Source of the DNA: Lama guanicoe
Taxonomy: Eukaryota
Assembly (NCBI GenBank): GCA_013239625.1
Contig: MU053810.1
Coordinates: 4,682,071-4,746,070 of the forward strand
Reading direction: 5' to 3'
Length of the DNA stretch: 64,000 nucleotides
In this document: piece after piece, positions 1 through 13,860 of the stretch
Layout of the letters: every line of letters begins with the position of its first letter
Numbering within the stretch: the first letter of the stretch is position 1
Program-made: the position numbers and the translations under genes
Notes under the pieces: generated by a model
What the model was told of the DNA's origin: nothing
The model's input: only the letters and a program-made list of their open reading frames with translations
Databases searched by the model: none

Positions 1-3000
1 GTGGTGGTTTTGCTTCTCCACGGATTGTTTACCTTAATTGCAATGTTAAAAATACTAATTTGTAATTATAGCCCCATTGTAAATATGTTGTACTTCCTAT
101 AATGATGATATTTGATCACACAAACCGGCAAACAGTGACAGCTCGTGTTCCTTGTCTGTGCAAATAACGTCAGTCCATCTTTTAATTTAAGAAGTAGCAC
201 CCCTGTCTTACTTGCTTGCGATTCCCAGTGAAGTTCAGGAAGAGTATTTGTATAAGGAGGTATTTTTCTCCCAGTAAAACTTACTCATTTTCATATTAAT
301 TTTTCAGCCCCCAAAATATGTTTCTGGAGATGAAAAGGCCAGAAACGGGAAAGGGAGGCCAGAGGCCAGCACTGAGCTCTCTGGGGGCAGGAAGGGTGGC
401 GGAGCCCAGTCCCCGGGGCTCCCACACTCACGGCGGCAAAGAACCAAGGAGTTAGCTTGGGGTCAGGAGAACTTGCAGTTCTCAGGACAGCGAGTCTCAC
501 GGCTCGGCCCAGGCCCCCAGCCGGGGATGGGGGTGCCTGCATCTGCCGCCATGATTTTCATTAGTTTACAAATTGCAGCTGCACGTCGAAGGCCTTCTGT
601 CCCTGCACCAAGCCCGCCAGGATGGGCACAGCCAGACCTCGTCCTTCAGCAGCAAAACACTTCAGCAGCTCTTTTCCTGTGTGCCTGCCTCAAGCTCCTT
701 CTCCTTAATAATCACTCCACTGCCTGATTAGTGTTTAGAGCTTTACAGTTAGCAGGGTTTCTGATCTGCGTCACCGGTGCTCCTCGGTGACCTTGCGATG
801 TCGGCGGGACAGCTGTTGCCATTTTGCAGAGACTCAATGATTTAATGTGCCCCCTGTGCAGCCTATTGTCGGGTCAAGTAATGTGTCCAAAGTGAAACAG
901 TTAATGAGAGCAGAACGGAGGTCTCGAACCCGGGACCTTCTGACTTCAGGTTTTTCCTCCCTGCGCATGGTGCTTTGGGGATGGAGGACTTGGAGCTCTG
1001 ACCCCACGTGCTAAGCCTTCCTTGGCAATGGCTTTGATGGGCCCATGACTCATGGGAGGCATGCTGTGTCTAGAGCAACCCAAAGCTAAGATTTGCCATA
1101 GAGGTCGAATCTAACTCTTTGTTTTACACGTACGGGAAGTGGGGACCAGGCAAATGTCTAAGTTATGTTGAGTTGGGGTCTCCTGCTCTCAGCCCAGTGC
1201 TCTCTGGACCACTGAGCCTTACTTTCCCTCATAGAGTGCACAGGATCCCCCTGAATCCCCTGCCAGCCACCAGGGGAGCTTCCAGAATAGAAGTTGTGTG
1301 AAAGGCTGGCCTCACCCCCTTCATTGCAGGTCAGGGAAGATGAGACACTCAGAAGCAACCTCCAGCTGGTCTGGGCGCTGGCGCCTGCGCTGGTGGGAAT
1401 CAGCGCGCTTCTGATGGAGGTTTGGGAATCTAAGAGATGAGACTCTGTGTCTGTTTTCTGTGGGAGGAAAAGGGGAATCAGAAATGCATTCCCAGCTGGC
1501 CTCAACAAATGACCCCATCTCCTATCCCACATCCCCCTCCTCTGAAAATCCTTGCCTTTAGTCAGGTCTTGAGCCCGAGAAGCCTGTTCCCAAAGCAAAG
1601 TGCAGTCGGATCACGGCCGAGGCGGCTGTTGACTGGTACCCGCGGCGCCGGTGCGAAGCTGAGCTCTTCTGCAGAGGCTTAGCAGCCAGGCCCCGCTAAC
1701 GCAAGGATGGAATGTGCTGCACAGCCTTCATGCAGTGAGGAAGAAAAAGAAAGCTTTGGTTTGGAGATTCTTACTTTCTTGATGGATTTGGAGTATTTTT
1801 ATTTCACTGGAGTTCAGTGTTCCAGGGCAGGAGAGTTTGGGTGAAAATGGAAGAGAAGCCCCACCAGACAGAAATTCCTTGTCAGATGGGAGATTTTCCT
1901 CCCTTTCAAGGTGTGAGATGAGCCAAGGAGCACAGAAGCGCGGGGGAGTCTAGTGACGGATTGGGATGCTCTTGGCGGAGCACGAACCAGTGACTGGCTG
2001 GAGAAGCCGCTTGCAAGCCAGCCGGGGTGTCACCACAACTGCCTGAGACCTGTGTCTGAACTTCACAGACCCAGCGAGGTCGTTCATGGTCAAGGGGGCA
2101 GCTTCACATCACGCAGGCTGCAGGAAGACAATGCCTCCTCCAGCTTTTCATCCATTCCTTCTGGAAGGGAAATCTGAGCCCTGGAGATACCCTGCCTTGC
2201 TGGTGGTTACATTCGTGTCTGCGTAGAGGGAGGGAGGGAGCTGGGGGGACAAAGAAGAAACAGTCAAGTAAGGGAAATATCTAGTGTATCCAGTGGCGTT
2301 AAGTGCTGTGGAAGAAAAACCAGCAAAGTTCTGCAGGAGCTAGTCACACTGATGGCCGTAGGCTGCACCTGGTTGGGGAATATCTGTCACCCTCGTGGAG
2401 GTGACCTGGATTCACTTTCCAAACATTCCAGATCACCTGGCAGGCTTATTTCCAAGTCAGCTCACTTCTGTTCCCCTCTTTGCTGTGTGAGAATGTGGAG
2501 GCTCAGGAAGGAACTCGGGTATCTGTGCGGAGACACCTGTCCGTCTTATAAACAGCTCCTGGAAACATTTGTCCCATGGTCACCTTTCACTTCCATGAGA
2601 CTTAGCTTTTCCAGATCTCTCATCGATCTGTTGCGTCACTTAAGTCTCATACCCTAGGAGGTGGGAGGAGTGGAGACTGAAACACGAAACTGAAGATGAA
2701 TGACAAGAGATCGTGTTCAGGTTTCACAGCCACTGCAGGAAGTGGCCAGAAACCAAGGCGGTGCAGCGACAGGGGAACAGGCTGCATGTCCCCCCTGCAT
2801 GGGGCAGGTTTGTGTCCTTACTTCCCCATCTGTTTTTGCAGACAGTGGTCATAGAGATCATTGTGGGACCTTACAAACCTATTACTCTGAAGACCATCAC
2901 TCCATTGTGTGCATCAGTACTCTTAAGTTTGTTTGTTTGTTTTCCTTAAATCAGACACCTTTCCGCCATTTGACTCATGAGCACACAAGCACAGAGGGGT

Positions 3001-3039
3001 GCAGACACTTCCCTTGGCCACGTACCAAACAGAAGCGGT

Positions 3040-3325
3040 GGTTACAGCCTTCTATTAAGCCGGGTGTTGCGTTATTGTATGCTAGGTGCTGGGTTTAGCC
3101 TTTTTCGTAAGTTACCTTATTCCATAGCACAAACTATAATTTAAGCCTTATTGCTACTATTTCTACTCTCTTATGGATGAGGAAATTACACACGACCAAG
3201 GAAGGCAGCATTGCCAAGGTACGTGGCCCAAGGCAACAAGCTCAAAGTCTCTCAGAAATCAAGTGTTGAAATTGAGGTTCAAGCCCAGTTTTCTTTCCAA
3301 AAGTTGTATTCCCAATCACTGTCCT
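3040..3325 (-). mobile_element. MIR SINE (degraded)
   Basis: Reverse MIR core ggatgaggaaatt...gcccaaggcaacaag...ttcaagcccag. Confidence 0.55.
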
Positions 3326-3514
3326 CAATTCACTACAGAATTACTTAGGATTGTTAGTTAGTTAGAAATTCTTAAGATTTCTTAGGATTCTTAATTAGAA
3401 ATTCTTAAGATGTCTGTCTTGAACTCTCTTTGTTTCATGTTGCAGCCTTTGTGTGTGTGTATTTTTTTATCATTCAGGGTCCTCAGACTTTACCCAGAGG
3501 ACTTTTTAAGATTT

Positions 3515-3878
3515 TGGTTTACCCTTGAACAGCACAGTTTTGAACTACATGGGTCTATTTATATGTGGATTTTTTTCAATAAATATATTGGAAAATTTTT
3601 AAAAGATTTGCAACAATTTGAAAAAACTCACAGATGAACTACATAGCCTAGAAATCTCAAAAAAATTAAGAAAAAGGTATGTCGTGAATGCATGAAATAT
3701 ATGTAGATGTACATATAACATACAAAGTATGTGTTAATTGACTGTGTTATCAGTAAGGCTGCCAGTCAACAGCAGGCTATTAGTAGTTAGATTTGGGGGG
3801 CATTAAAAGTTATACACAGATTTTCAGCCACATAGTGGAGTGGGTGGTGGGGGTCCATTGCATTGTTAGGTCAATTAT
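3515..3878 (+). mobile_element. Tigger2-derived non-autonomous DNA transposon (TcMar-Tigger)
   Basis: acccttgaacagcac...tttttttcaataaatatattggaaaattt...ggctattagtagttag...ggtcaattata matches recalled Tigger2a termini and body. Confidence 0.75.
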
Positions 3879-4406
3879 ACAGCTTAGCATGACTTACAAA
3901 GTCTCACAAGTCTACCTAATTTTATTCCATCTTTAATATTTTAAACCCTTTTAGAAAAGGAATTATATGACAGTTGGGTTTCTCAGCTGAGTTAACTTTT
4001 TTTTTTTTTTAAACCTCAAGTAACTTGAAATTGCTTTGGTCTCCAAGTTACTGATAGAACTTTGTGTCTTTAGGATAGAATTACTTCCAAGACTATTTCC
4101 CCAACATTTGCTTTTGTTAGGTTCTTTAGCTGTATGTCGCGGTGGCTACTAATTTTAAATCAACTATCTTTCCCTTCTGTCGTTGGCAATAGCTATGCGA
4201 GCGGTCGGTCCATTGTGGCTTTTTCAAGACTGGTTGCATACAGCCAAGGTGAGTTTGTGCAAGGGGCCCTGTGAGTTAGACTGAAGAGGATAAAGACTGG
4301 CTCAAAGCATTCAGTGTGAAGCGTGTTCTGTTTCCTCCCAAGTTTCGGAAGTCAGCTGTTTCCTTCCATCACACCAGTGACTATTAATGTACTTGCTAAG
4401 TTCAAG

Positions 4407-4420
4407 GCTCCCCCTTGTGG
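4407..4420 (-). promoter_or_regulatory. Candidate CTCF motif
   Basis: Minus strand CCACAAGGGGGAGC versus consensus CCASYAGRKGGCRS (2 commonly tolerated deviations); motif match only. Confidence 0.35.
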
Positions 4421-5149
4421 TGCAATTGAACTCATCAACATGAGGAAACAAAATGGCAAGATTACAAGTGATAAGGAGGCAATGCATTTAGATATAATCC
4501 TATTGCTCTCCTCGTTTTTAAGGTTCTCAAATGAGTAAGACGTTTCTTTCTCTTTTGATTTTAAATTCTTCTGTAGCTACTTATATCATACTCAACGATA
4601 CATTTTTGGGAGGTAGACATGAATCAGAAAAGCAAGCCCAAATAATTTGATGCCAAGTCCCAGGTGACTTTAGAAATAATTTCTTATTTTTTAATTACAA
4701 AAGTAATAAGTATATATTCTAGAAATATTAGAACAAGCAGAGAAAGGGTAAAAGTATCATTTACAAAGTCACAACCCACATGGATTAACATTTTGTTGTC
4801 TGTCCATTTTTTTCTAGGCATCTAGACTCAAAAGAAAACCAAACGTGCACTTTTTTCTAACGTGATGATATGTGTGAACTTCATTCTGTGTTATTACACC
4901 TTCCTCCTTGTTAGCGTTGCTTGATTTGGTTGGTTCCGTTGTGTTGCACGTGCTGCAGTATACAAACACAACACCACGTGGGGCCTTCTTGTGGGTCATT
5001 GCAGGTTATTTCCTTAGAGTCATTTGCACGAAATAGAATGGCTGAATCAAAGGGGTGTGCAGAATTTTAAGACATTTGATATTTATTGCCTCATTATTAA
5101 AGTAAAGCATCTTTTTGATAATGTAATCTTTTTTTTAAAAAAGCTTCAA

Positions 5150-5290
5150 GTTTTTAGCATTTGTATTCTTAGCCTGTGCCAGGAATTGTGTATCTCAATT
5201 AATCCTCACAACCACCATGCGAAGTAAATACTGTTAATATCCTCCCTTACAGATAAGGAAAGTCAGGCTTAAGGAAATTAAATAGCTATT
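5150..5290 (-). mobile_element. MIR SINE
   Basis: tgtgccagg...ttaatcctcacaaccacc...ttacagataaggaaagtcaggctta (reverse MIR core). Confidence 0.65.
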
Positions 5291-7900
5291 GTGTGCCTTA
5301 TTTCAAAAGCAGGAAGACAGTAGTAGGCTTTCAGAAACTAGATAAAAAAGGCACTTGGCGTCCCTTGAATTTTGAACTAAGTGGAAACTAATACTAGTAA
5401 TTCTCCATCTGTAAGATGTAAAGTAAAGAAAAGAATGTTGACAGTAAAAGAGGAGAACGAGGACCCGTGCTTCCATAAACTTAGAAACATGAAGGAGACA
5501 TCTAAGTTAAGGCTCTGGCATTTAAACCTTCATGTTAAAAGATACACTACACAATTCAATGATTATTGTATAATTACAAACTCTAGGAAACTCCTCATAT
5601 AGGCGTGTTTTCACCAGCTTTTATAACTTGTTTCCCCGGATGCATATTCTTTAACCAAAGTTAGTCTTCAGACTGGTTAAACTGCTCCCAAGTCGTCAAA
5701 AGTTGACTCAGGCTAAAGTGTTAACAGAAAATCTCCAATTTCTGAACAAAACCAGAACTTTTTGCGAATTTTTAAAAAAAATTTGGCGATCTCCAACATT
5801 TCTTACGGTTTCTCTCTCGTAGTTACTCACTAGAAACCTACATTTTACTTCTTCCACCTTCACGAATACTCTTCTTTGTATGTTTTCATGTAACTCTATT
5901 ATAGAAAACTCAGAAAGAGACACAGCAAAAGAAAGAAGATAAATGTCACTCGCCACTCGCTGTTATAAACGCTTTATGTCTGTTGTTTATTTACGGTTCT
6001 CTCTGGCACCTCTGGGCATTAGGCATTTCCCCAGTATTTGCTATTCCCGATCAGGTCTTCTAGGGGCTTATCAGCGTTGTCTTTATTCTTAGGGGAGAAA
6101 CACCCTTTTCCTTCCAGCCACGCTTAGCCTTTCAAAGAGATCCCAAGTACCACTCAGAATAACAGCACCATCTGTAATTTCCCTACCGTTTTCCTCTTAG
6201 GAGAGGCATTGGATTTATCAGGAGTCTTTGAGGTAATCAAAGCATCCTTCTGTTTAATTTTTACAGCACTATTGTTTTGGCTGTTCCAGCTGTTTCCTTG
6301 TGGTGAGCTGTCGTGTTTCCACTTATATTTCCCTTAATCTTGATGCAACCTCCTTATAGTGATAAAGGACTTGATTATCATTGTAATTCTCTGAAGTGAG
6401 TCGCACACACTCAGCTCTTTTCCCACCCAGTCTTTTTTTTTTTTTTTTTTTGAGCAATTTTATGAATATATCAGGCTTCTGAGTCCTACACACCTGATTT
6501 AACGGGAGTATGTGAGGAGCCTGATAAAATCAACTTTTCTTTCTCTGCTTTCTTAGCATTGGACTCAAAACCTTTAGGGCTCAAAGCATTTCCCACGCAG
6601 ATGGAGCCTGGTGAGAAGTGAGTCTCCTGTGAGTTTCATTTTGTAATTCTGAGAAAATGTACATCGTCTTAGAGACTAACGCTCCTGTGGCCTCGAGCTG
6701 GGAGTCGCTTCTCTGCAGGAGACGTTCCATCTTCTGAGATGGGCTCCTGTCTATCCAGCACCCTTGGGTCCTCCCTCCTCTGACCCAAGGACACTCTTCC
6801 AGATTCCTCATTGCCTTGAACTCAGTCAGCGGAGGCAAGAAAGACACAATCATGGTTGCATTTGCTCCAAGAGGGAAGCCTTTGACCATTTATGTGTTTA
6901 TCTTGCCCCTTCTTCCTTGAATTTCAACTGATTTTCACCTAAAGCAACTGCCTTGGGGACTTTCCTTGTCCCCTCTTGTCCAGGTTTTCTCTTCTTGTTG
7001 CAGGTTCCTCTCCTGAGGGTCGCCCTGCAGAGAGAGGTTGGGGTCTCTGCCCCTCCTGCCGGCCTTGTCATCAGGACCCTGCTCTTTTCCAGCCCCTGCT
7101 GTTCTCCATCGTCTCTGTGCAGGGCTGCATCCCGCCTGGTCCTCTGCCTCCATTCTGTTTTATTCCCCATCTCCTTGCGATGGAAACTCTGATCTTCTGT
7201 ACCCGTTCCCCCTCGTCTGTCCACGGCAGCTCTTCAGATCTGTCATCTTGTTTGTATCTTGCACTTTAATTTATCACGCACCCACGGGGCATTATTATTT
7301 GTGGTCTGCGTTGGAACAGCTCTTCCCTAGTCGATGAAGCCTGTAAACTTGGGAGAGAAGAATCAGAGGCCCTAAGGCAACCCCCACCCCACTTTCGAGT
7401 GAGAATGTGTTCATCTCAAGGCATTTAGGAGGTCAGTCTAGCTAATCTTTCTTCTAATGGTGTCACTCCCCTTGTCTCTGAAAAGCCCCTTCGAGGGCTT
7501 TTCCTTCTTTTTTTTAACCCCTAAGTGCACTCTGGGTAGAATATTTTAGTACCTTCTTGTCTGGAGAGCTCTCTTTTAGCCTTGGGGCTGTTGGAGACAG
7601 CCCTCTGTATTTGAGAGTTCTTTGTCTTGTGGAGATTTGTGTCTGCTATGTGTGAGACTAGATTCTAGATGTTATAAACGTTATTCAGAAATGATAGAAA
7701 TACACAGGTAGTACATATCTGTATCTAAGTCTATAATGATCTGAATCATGGGTGTTGTGTCATTCAGTGATGGCGTGTTTAGAGGCTCTGTGGGTGCTGG
7801 TTATCCATCTGTATATATCTGCTCTCTGTATGCATGCTCAGTGAGTTATGAAGTGAACCGCCAAGCCATGACACCTCATTGGCTGATTTTTTTTCCTCTT

Positions 7901-8535
7901 TCTTTTTAATTGTGGGAAAATATGCATGACATAAAATTTAGCACCTTAACCATTTTTAAGTGTACAGTTCAGTAATGTTAAGTACGTTCACACTGGTTCT
8001 GCACCCCTCTCCAGAACACTTTTCATTCTGTGAAATTGAAATTTATCAAGTTGAAATTATATGCATTCAGGAGTGGGTATAGCTCAGTGGCAGAGTGCAT
8101 GCTTACCACTCACAAGGTCCTGGGTTCATTCCCCAGTACCTCCATTAGGGGGAAAAAACAACAGAATCCTGAAATTACATGCATTAAACAACAACTCCCC
8201 ATTCCCCGTCCCCTGGCCCCTGGTGACCACCATCCTACTTTCTATCTCTGTGAATTGACTCTTCTAGGCACCTCACGGAAGTGGCTGCATACAGTATTTG
8301 TCTCTCTGTGACTGGCTTATGTCACTTTGTGTAATATTCCCAAGGTTGTTCCGTACTGTAGCACATGACAGAATTCCTTTTTCAGGCTGAATATCTTTCA
8401 TTTTTTGTATATACCACATTTTGTTTATCCAGTTGTCGGCTGATGGATCCTTGGGTTGCTTCCACCTTTTGGCGATTGTGAATTAATGCCACTATGAACG
8501 GGGTGGTGCAAATATCTCTTTGAGACCCTGCTTTA
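7901..8535 (-). mobile_element. L1 3' end fragment (L1MA/L1MB-like), interrupted by a SINE
   Basis: ttaaccatttttaagtgtacagttcagt...gtgactggcttat...ttgggttgcttccaccttttggcgattgtgaa: typical antisense L1 3' UTR. Confidence 0.8.
8068..8169 (+). mobile_element. tRNA-derived SINE (camelid Vic-1-like)
   Basis: A box tagctcagtgg, B box gggttcattccc, A-rich tail; 16-bp TSD tgaaattaYatgcatt at 8052-8067 and 8170-8185. Confidence 0.85.
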
Positions 8536-9874
8536 CCTTCTCACTGGCTGATTTTTGGATGCAAAAGTAAAGCATTTTTCTCATATGAAGATTATGCAGT
8601 TGTCATTATTTAAAACACTAAAATATTTTTCCACCATGGGTTTTTTTTTTTAATCAAGTTGTCCAAAAATGAGTCAGTGGCTCAACCTGTACTGAAATAT
8701 TTAAATACTGGTGTAGTAAGTATAGTAAAAGGAAGGTATTCTCCAGAGTCAGCCGGGTTCAGATGTCAGAATTTGTTCCCTGATCTTCTGTCCCTGTATT
8801 CACACTTGTGAAAAAGGCTTTTCATCCTGCGTGATGGACCACTGTACTTGGAATCTTGTCTTCATGGAGCAGCCGGTGGTGGCCAGTGTCCCGGCGGCCA
8901 GTGCCAATCAAGATGGCAGCTGGGGCTCACCACCAGACTGTGTTCTGACTTGAGGGAGGCGTTTCACTCTGTCTCTGGTTACTCCCCTGCAGCCGTGGGG
9001 CAACCTCAGGGACAAGAGGCCAGGATGACATGGTCTCAAATGACAAGGTGAATTTAGAAGAGCCTGTGGCAAGATATTTGGGGCCAAACTCATTACCAGT
9101 CAGGGTTTGTGTTCACCATGTCTCTAAATCCTAAGGATGGACCTGCCACCTTTCTTTCTTTGAGGGCGGGGAGGGGTTAACTGCTACGTTTGCCTCCTGA
9201 ACCAAGAGATGATCCCTTGGGGTCAACTCTTCTATTTCTGTGCCTGTTTTCACCCACTTTCTGTTTCTCTCTCTTTTTCTCCTGGCACACAGGCTTTGCA
9301 GTGCATGCTGATCTCTCTTCAGGCAGAACTTGACATTCAAAGGTACTTGATGAAAATTGACTCGTCTCAGCGAGTTAGTACTTTACCTTTTCTTCTCTGC
9401 ATTGAGTCACACCTCGCCGCGTGTCTTTTTACTGGGCTGCGTGTGGCATTCTAATCAGCGTCAGCCTGTCCCTTTCCCTATCTACCCCAAGCCCTGGTTT
9501 AAAGCTCTCAGAGCCAAACGCTTGCAGCATTCTGAAACGTGTGCTTTTTTTTTCCTAACTGTGAGACCTAATGCTAAAAATGAACACTAATGGCATGCTT
9601 GTTTTGAAACATTTCATTTACTTTCCCCAGATTGAGTTGTGGGATCAGCAGTAACATGGCAGCGATGGAGAGATCACTGTGCGCTCCTCTGAGAACGGGG
9701 CTCTGTCCCCACCAGCTTACTCCAGGCAGAGTGGTGGTGGAAGTAAAACCAATCTGTCATTCTGACCATCTCAGAGCTCTGGGATTCTCCCTTCACTTGG
9801 CTCCAAAACATCCAATGTGGGGCCCAGATGATTTCACTGACATATATCTTCATCATAAAAATGATAAGAATGGA

Positions 9875-10085
9875 CACATTCAGATAGAGCTTGCTAGGCA
9901 CCAGGCATTGTCCTAAATGTTTTATAAGCATTTACCTCTCACAGCAACCCCATGCAGTAGGCGTCCTATGGTCTCTCCATTTTATAAATGAGGAAACTGA
10001 GGCACACAGAAGTTAAGTAACTTGCCCAAGGGCATATAGCTAGTAAGTTATAGACTTGGGCCTCCAGGCAGTCAGGCCTCAGAGT
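9875..10085 (-). mobile_element. MIR SINE
   Basis: ccattttataaatgaggaaactgaggcacacagaagttaagtaacttgcccaagg (reverse MIR core). Confidence 0.85.
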
Positions 10086-13000
10086 CAGTTTCAACATATG
10101 GTCCATTTCCTCGGAACCCTCAATGTCCTGTTTCACAATAGGTCAGTTTAGAACGTTAAAACTGGAAGGGAGTGGGGACAGTTTCCAATGCTTGGATACC
10201 TGGCTTAGTACTGAAGACCTGTGCAAACTGGCCCTTTGGCACATGGCCACCCACATCTTTTCTGTCCCCCAAATGTGGCCTATTTCTTTATGGTCTCCCA
10301 CACTTGCCCAGATGAGAACCATTTGGTCTTTACTGTGAGGCTTGAAACATACTGTGCTTTGGAAGATTCCACCCATCTGGCTTTTGTGCCTGTGTGACTT
10401 CCTGCCCATTCGGTCAGTCTTCAGTGACCTCTTCGCCTTCCTTTTCTTAATAATCAGGCCCTTTGATCCTTTTTAGGGTCACAAGCTCAAATTAGAAAGT
10501 TCCTTCCCAAACAAATAGACAGAAGTAGAAGCTGGGCGACACATATTGCAGAGACTTGTGCTCCCCTGCACCAGCTCAGTGCCCATGGGGTGTTTACCAT
10601 TCATTTTTTCCACGAGTTCTAAATCATTTTCACATTTCTAGAATTCATGCAAAATAGAGACGTCTCTCTGATCTCCTGGCACGCATGTTGTGCACCAAAT
10701 ACAAATGCAGAAAAGGAAACGAACACCCCGGCGAGTTCTTCCGTGCAAGTCTACCCGCTGCAGTTAACCCTTCCTTTCTACCTTCAGAACAGAGATACGG
10801 CATGAGGATGAGGGATTTCCTAGGGAGTGTCTCACTCTTCTTTTTTTCCTAAAGCTTGACACAAAAAAATTCTCAATACTGATTTTTGCCTTTTTTTTTT
10901 GACGTATCAGCAAACAATGGGATATTTGAGAATTTTTCCAAGAACTTTTTTTCCTCCTAAACATTTAAACACAGTGACAATGGTGTTTTGGAGGGGGGAA
11001 GAGTGGGGTGAAAGTTATGATTGGAAACTGAAGGTGTTCTTCCATCTCTATTAAAGGAATAACTCCCAGGGCCCCAGAGTGTCCGAATCTCTATTTTGAA
11101 GTTGGAAGGAGTCATTAACTGACTTCAGGCAAGGTGGACACTGTAAGAGGTTGGTTGTATCCTCACCTCTTACATAGGACCCTAAAGACCATGGGGTCTC
11201 CCGGGTACAGGGAGCCAAGCCATCTAGAAGCATCCTGAAAGGACTGGGGTTCATAAAGGCAGGCAGCTCAACACCTTCTAACATTTATAGTTGACAGATT
11301 TCTGTGCATTTTTAAAAATTACTCCTCACCACAATTATATCAAGGAGGTACTCTGGCTCTCTTATAAAAGTGAGAACTAAGGTTCAAAGAGCTTTCCTGT
11401 GGGATGGTGCTCCCAGCACACGGCAGGATTGGCGTCGGCATCCTGCAAGAACAGTGTGATAAAAAGAGTGAAGGCCTCTGGTTCGCAATCGTGTTTTCCT
11501 TCCATCTCTCCAAAGCCTGGTGGTCGTTCCTCTAGACAGAACTAGAGAGGAAAAGAACCTTCGGCCTGGAAAGCACATCAGAATTTTCACAAGGTGTTTT
11601 TTTTCATCTGAAAGTCATTCCAGGGAAATTGGGAGGGCAGCCAGGAGTGGTGATGGGCTGTGTGTGTTTAGAAATGAGAGTTTGAGCATAACAGCAGAAT
11701 CTACTCCCTAGAGGTCTGGAGAGGGTCTGGCCACTGGCACTGAAGCCTTGGTGCCCTCGGGCCCCACAGTGTCCCCTCTGCTCCAGCTCTCTGTGTCTTT
11801 CCCTGTGGGGTGGGCAAGGACATACTCAGATCTCCCAGAATAGGCTGAGGGAGGGGCCTCTGCTATCAGGAAAGGCCTCTTTGGTTTCACAACAATGTAG
11901 TTAAGCTGTAGGGCACCACCCCTGGGCCTGGGGCCCCACATCCTCTCCAAACCAAAGTCTAGGCTACAGGTGTGAGCTCAATAATGGCTTTTGTAAGGAT
12001 GCCTTCTAAGGTGCGTATTTAGCTCTATAGTTGTATTTTGCTTGAGATTCCAAACCCAGCAAACAGGTCCCATTCCTTTCATCACTCTAAGAACAGCAAA
12101 CCTCACACAGACACCTTTTTTATTCTAGAGCGTTGTAAGTGCATCCCAGGCTCTCTGAATTGCAAAGGCCTTTCCCAGTGAGGGTCTGGGTCTGGGAGGG
12201 TCTGGGAGCCAAAGCCTGAAACTTTGTTTATAATACACATCTTCTTGCTTCAAAAGTTTACTAGAAAAGGGGGGGGGGCTTATTCAAGGCAGCTTGCAAT
12301 AGAGACATCTACCTTCCGGTGGATAAACTAAAAATCCAAAAGCAAATTTTGAGGAAACAGATTTGCAGGTATAACTGTGATTCACTTGAACATTAAATTT
12401 AGCTTCAGCTTTTCTGATATATGTGATATTTTTATGTATATTGGATACACGTCTCATTATAGGACAAAGTAATACTTATTATTCCCTTACAAGGCAAAAT
12501 TATCTTCCTTGTTTAAAATTCTTAAAAAAAAAAAGTGGTTTCCTCATGCCTTCAGGAAAGGGACATTCATTACCATCACCAATGGGGTCAGATGGAAAAC
12601 AGCAGGGTTCTTCAGCCGGCCTTTTATTTCACATCATCTCCTTCAAGGGGGAAGCACAGCACCAAATAACAATTGCGGGAATGTGTGTCTGAAAGAGGTG
12701 GGGGCTGAGTTAACCGGATCCAGATTTGGAACTTGCTGATGGTGAAACTTTTTCACTTGATGGAAAGATGCGAAGTAGAGATGATGGAAAACCAGATCTT
12801 ATCGCCTTAAAATAGGATTTACGTCTTTCTGGCCTTGAAGGGAAGTCAGAGCAGCTGGTTCAAGGTGCTGTTTTCAGAAGCGAGTCTGTGTCTCGTCCTA
12901 GGCAGGACAGCAGGTGGGCAGGTGGCAGGCAGTTCAACATCAAAAAAATCCTGGAACCAGAAGAGGCTCCGCCCTCTCTGTGGGGCAACAGGCTCGAGCT

Positions 13001-13568
13001 GCTTCTCTGGGCACAGCCAAACCTCTTAAAGGAAAATAAAATAAGGAGAATTGATTCATCTACACATTACAAAGGGGCTGAAAAGTAGAAAATATTCGAA
13101 AGATCGTAGAAAATGGCCAAAATTCCAGATTTACCAGGAGTCAGGTTTTCAGAGCCTTAAAATGAAGTTACTGTCATGATGTCAGAACCATCGATGGGAG
13201 AGCCTGCCTTCTTAGTTAAAAAGCGAAGTGCGTGATCTGCGTGTCCAAAATTTAATTGATGGCTTTTCGCTCTTCTTTCTTAACCGTTTCTTTTTTTGGA
13301 AGTAGAAGTCTTTGCAATCCTGGATTCCTGCAGAGCTTTGCATGGCATGAAAATGAAAATGTGTCTCCATTCCTGTGTTTTCCCCGTGAATTTGTGTCCT
13401 CATCTTAGGGGCCACCTATGAGGATGAATCCTTTTTCTTGGAATCTAATCGTATGAAATACACACAAAAAGACAGGAATGGGCCTGGGTGTCTTCAGGTC
13501 ACCGTAGATGAGAATCTTTCTGGATTCAAAACCTTCCCTTCCCCTGATCCACTCTCTCTCTCTCTCTC

Positions 13569-13699
13569 TTTTTTTTTTGGCAGGGGCCGAGGGGTAGGTA
13601 ATTAGATTGATTTATATTTAGAGGAGGTACTGGGGATTGAACCCAGGACCTCATGCATGCTAAGCATGCGCTTTACCAGTTGAGCTATACTCTCCCCAC
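13569..13699 (-). mobile_element. tRNA-derived SINE (Vic-1-like), copy 1 of a tandem pair
   Basis: Poly-T, ggtaattag, ggaggtactggggattgaacccaggacctcatgcatgctaagcatgcg...tgagctatac. Confidence 0.85.
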
Positions 13700-13704
13700 C
13701 CCCC

Positions 13705-13860
13705 TTTTTTAGTTAACTTTTTTTGGTGAGGAAGGAGGTAATTAGGTTTGTTTGTTAACTAATTAATTAATTTAATTTTTTTTAGTGGAGGAACCAGGGA
13801 TTGAACCCAGGATTTTGTGCATCTAGGCACACACTCTACTGCTGAGCTATCCCCTCTCCT
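13705..13860 (-). mobile_element. tRNA-derived SINE (Vic-1-like), copy 2 of a tandem pair
   Basis: ggaggtaattaggttt...gggattgaacccagg...ctctactgctgagctatccc. Confidence 0.85.

Noticed and set aside
1266..1280. CTCF-like CCACCAGGGGAGC
   Set aside because: One G short in the core GG-C positions; weak match.
3340..3410. Short direct repeats (ttagaaattcttaagat x2), superficially array-like
   Set aside because: Low-complexity local duplication with only two copies and no spacer structure. CRISPR is not applicable in mammalian DNA.
8068..8145. tRNA-Ala-like sequences (also 13620-13697, 46868-46941, 57107-57180)
   Set aside because: They have A/B boxes but also AT-rich tails, TSDs and multiple diverged copies, so they are SINE heads rather than tRNA genes.
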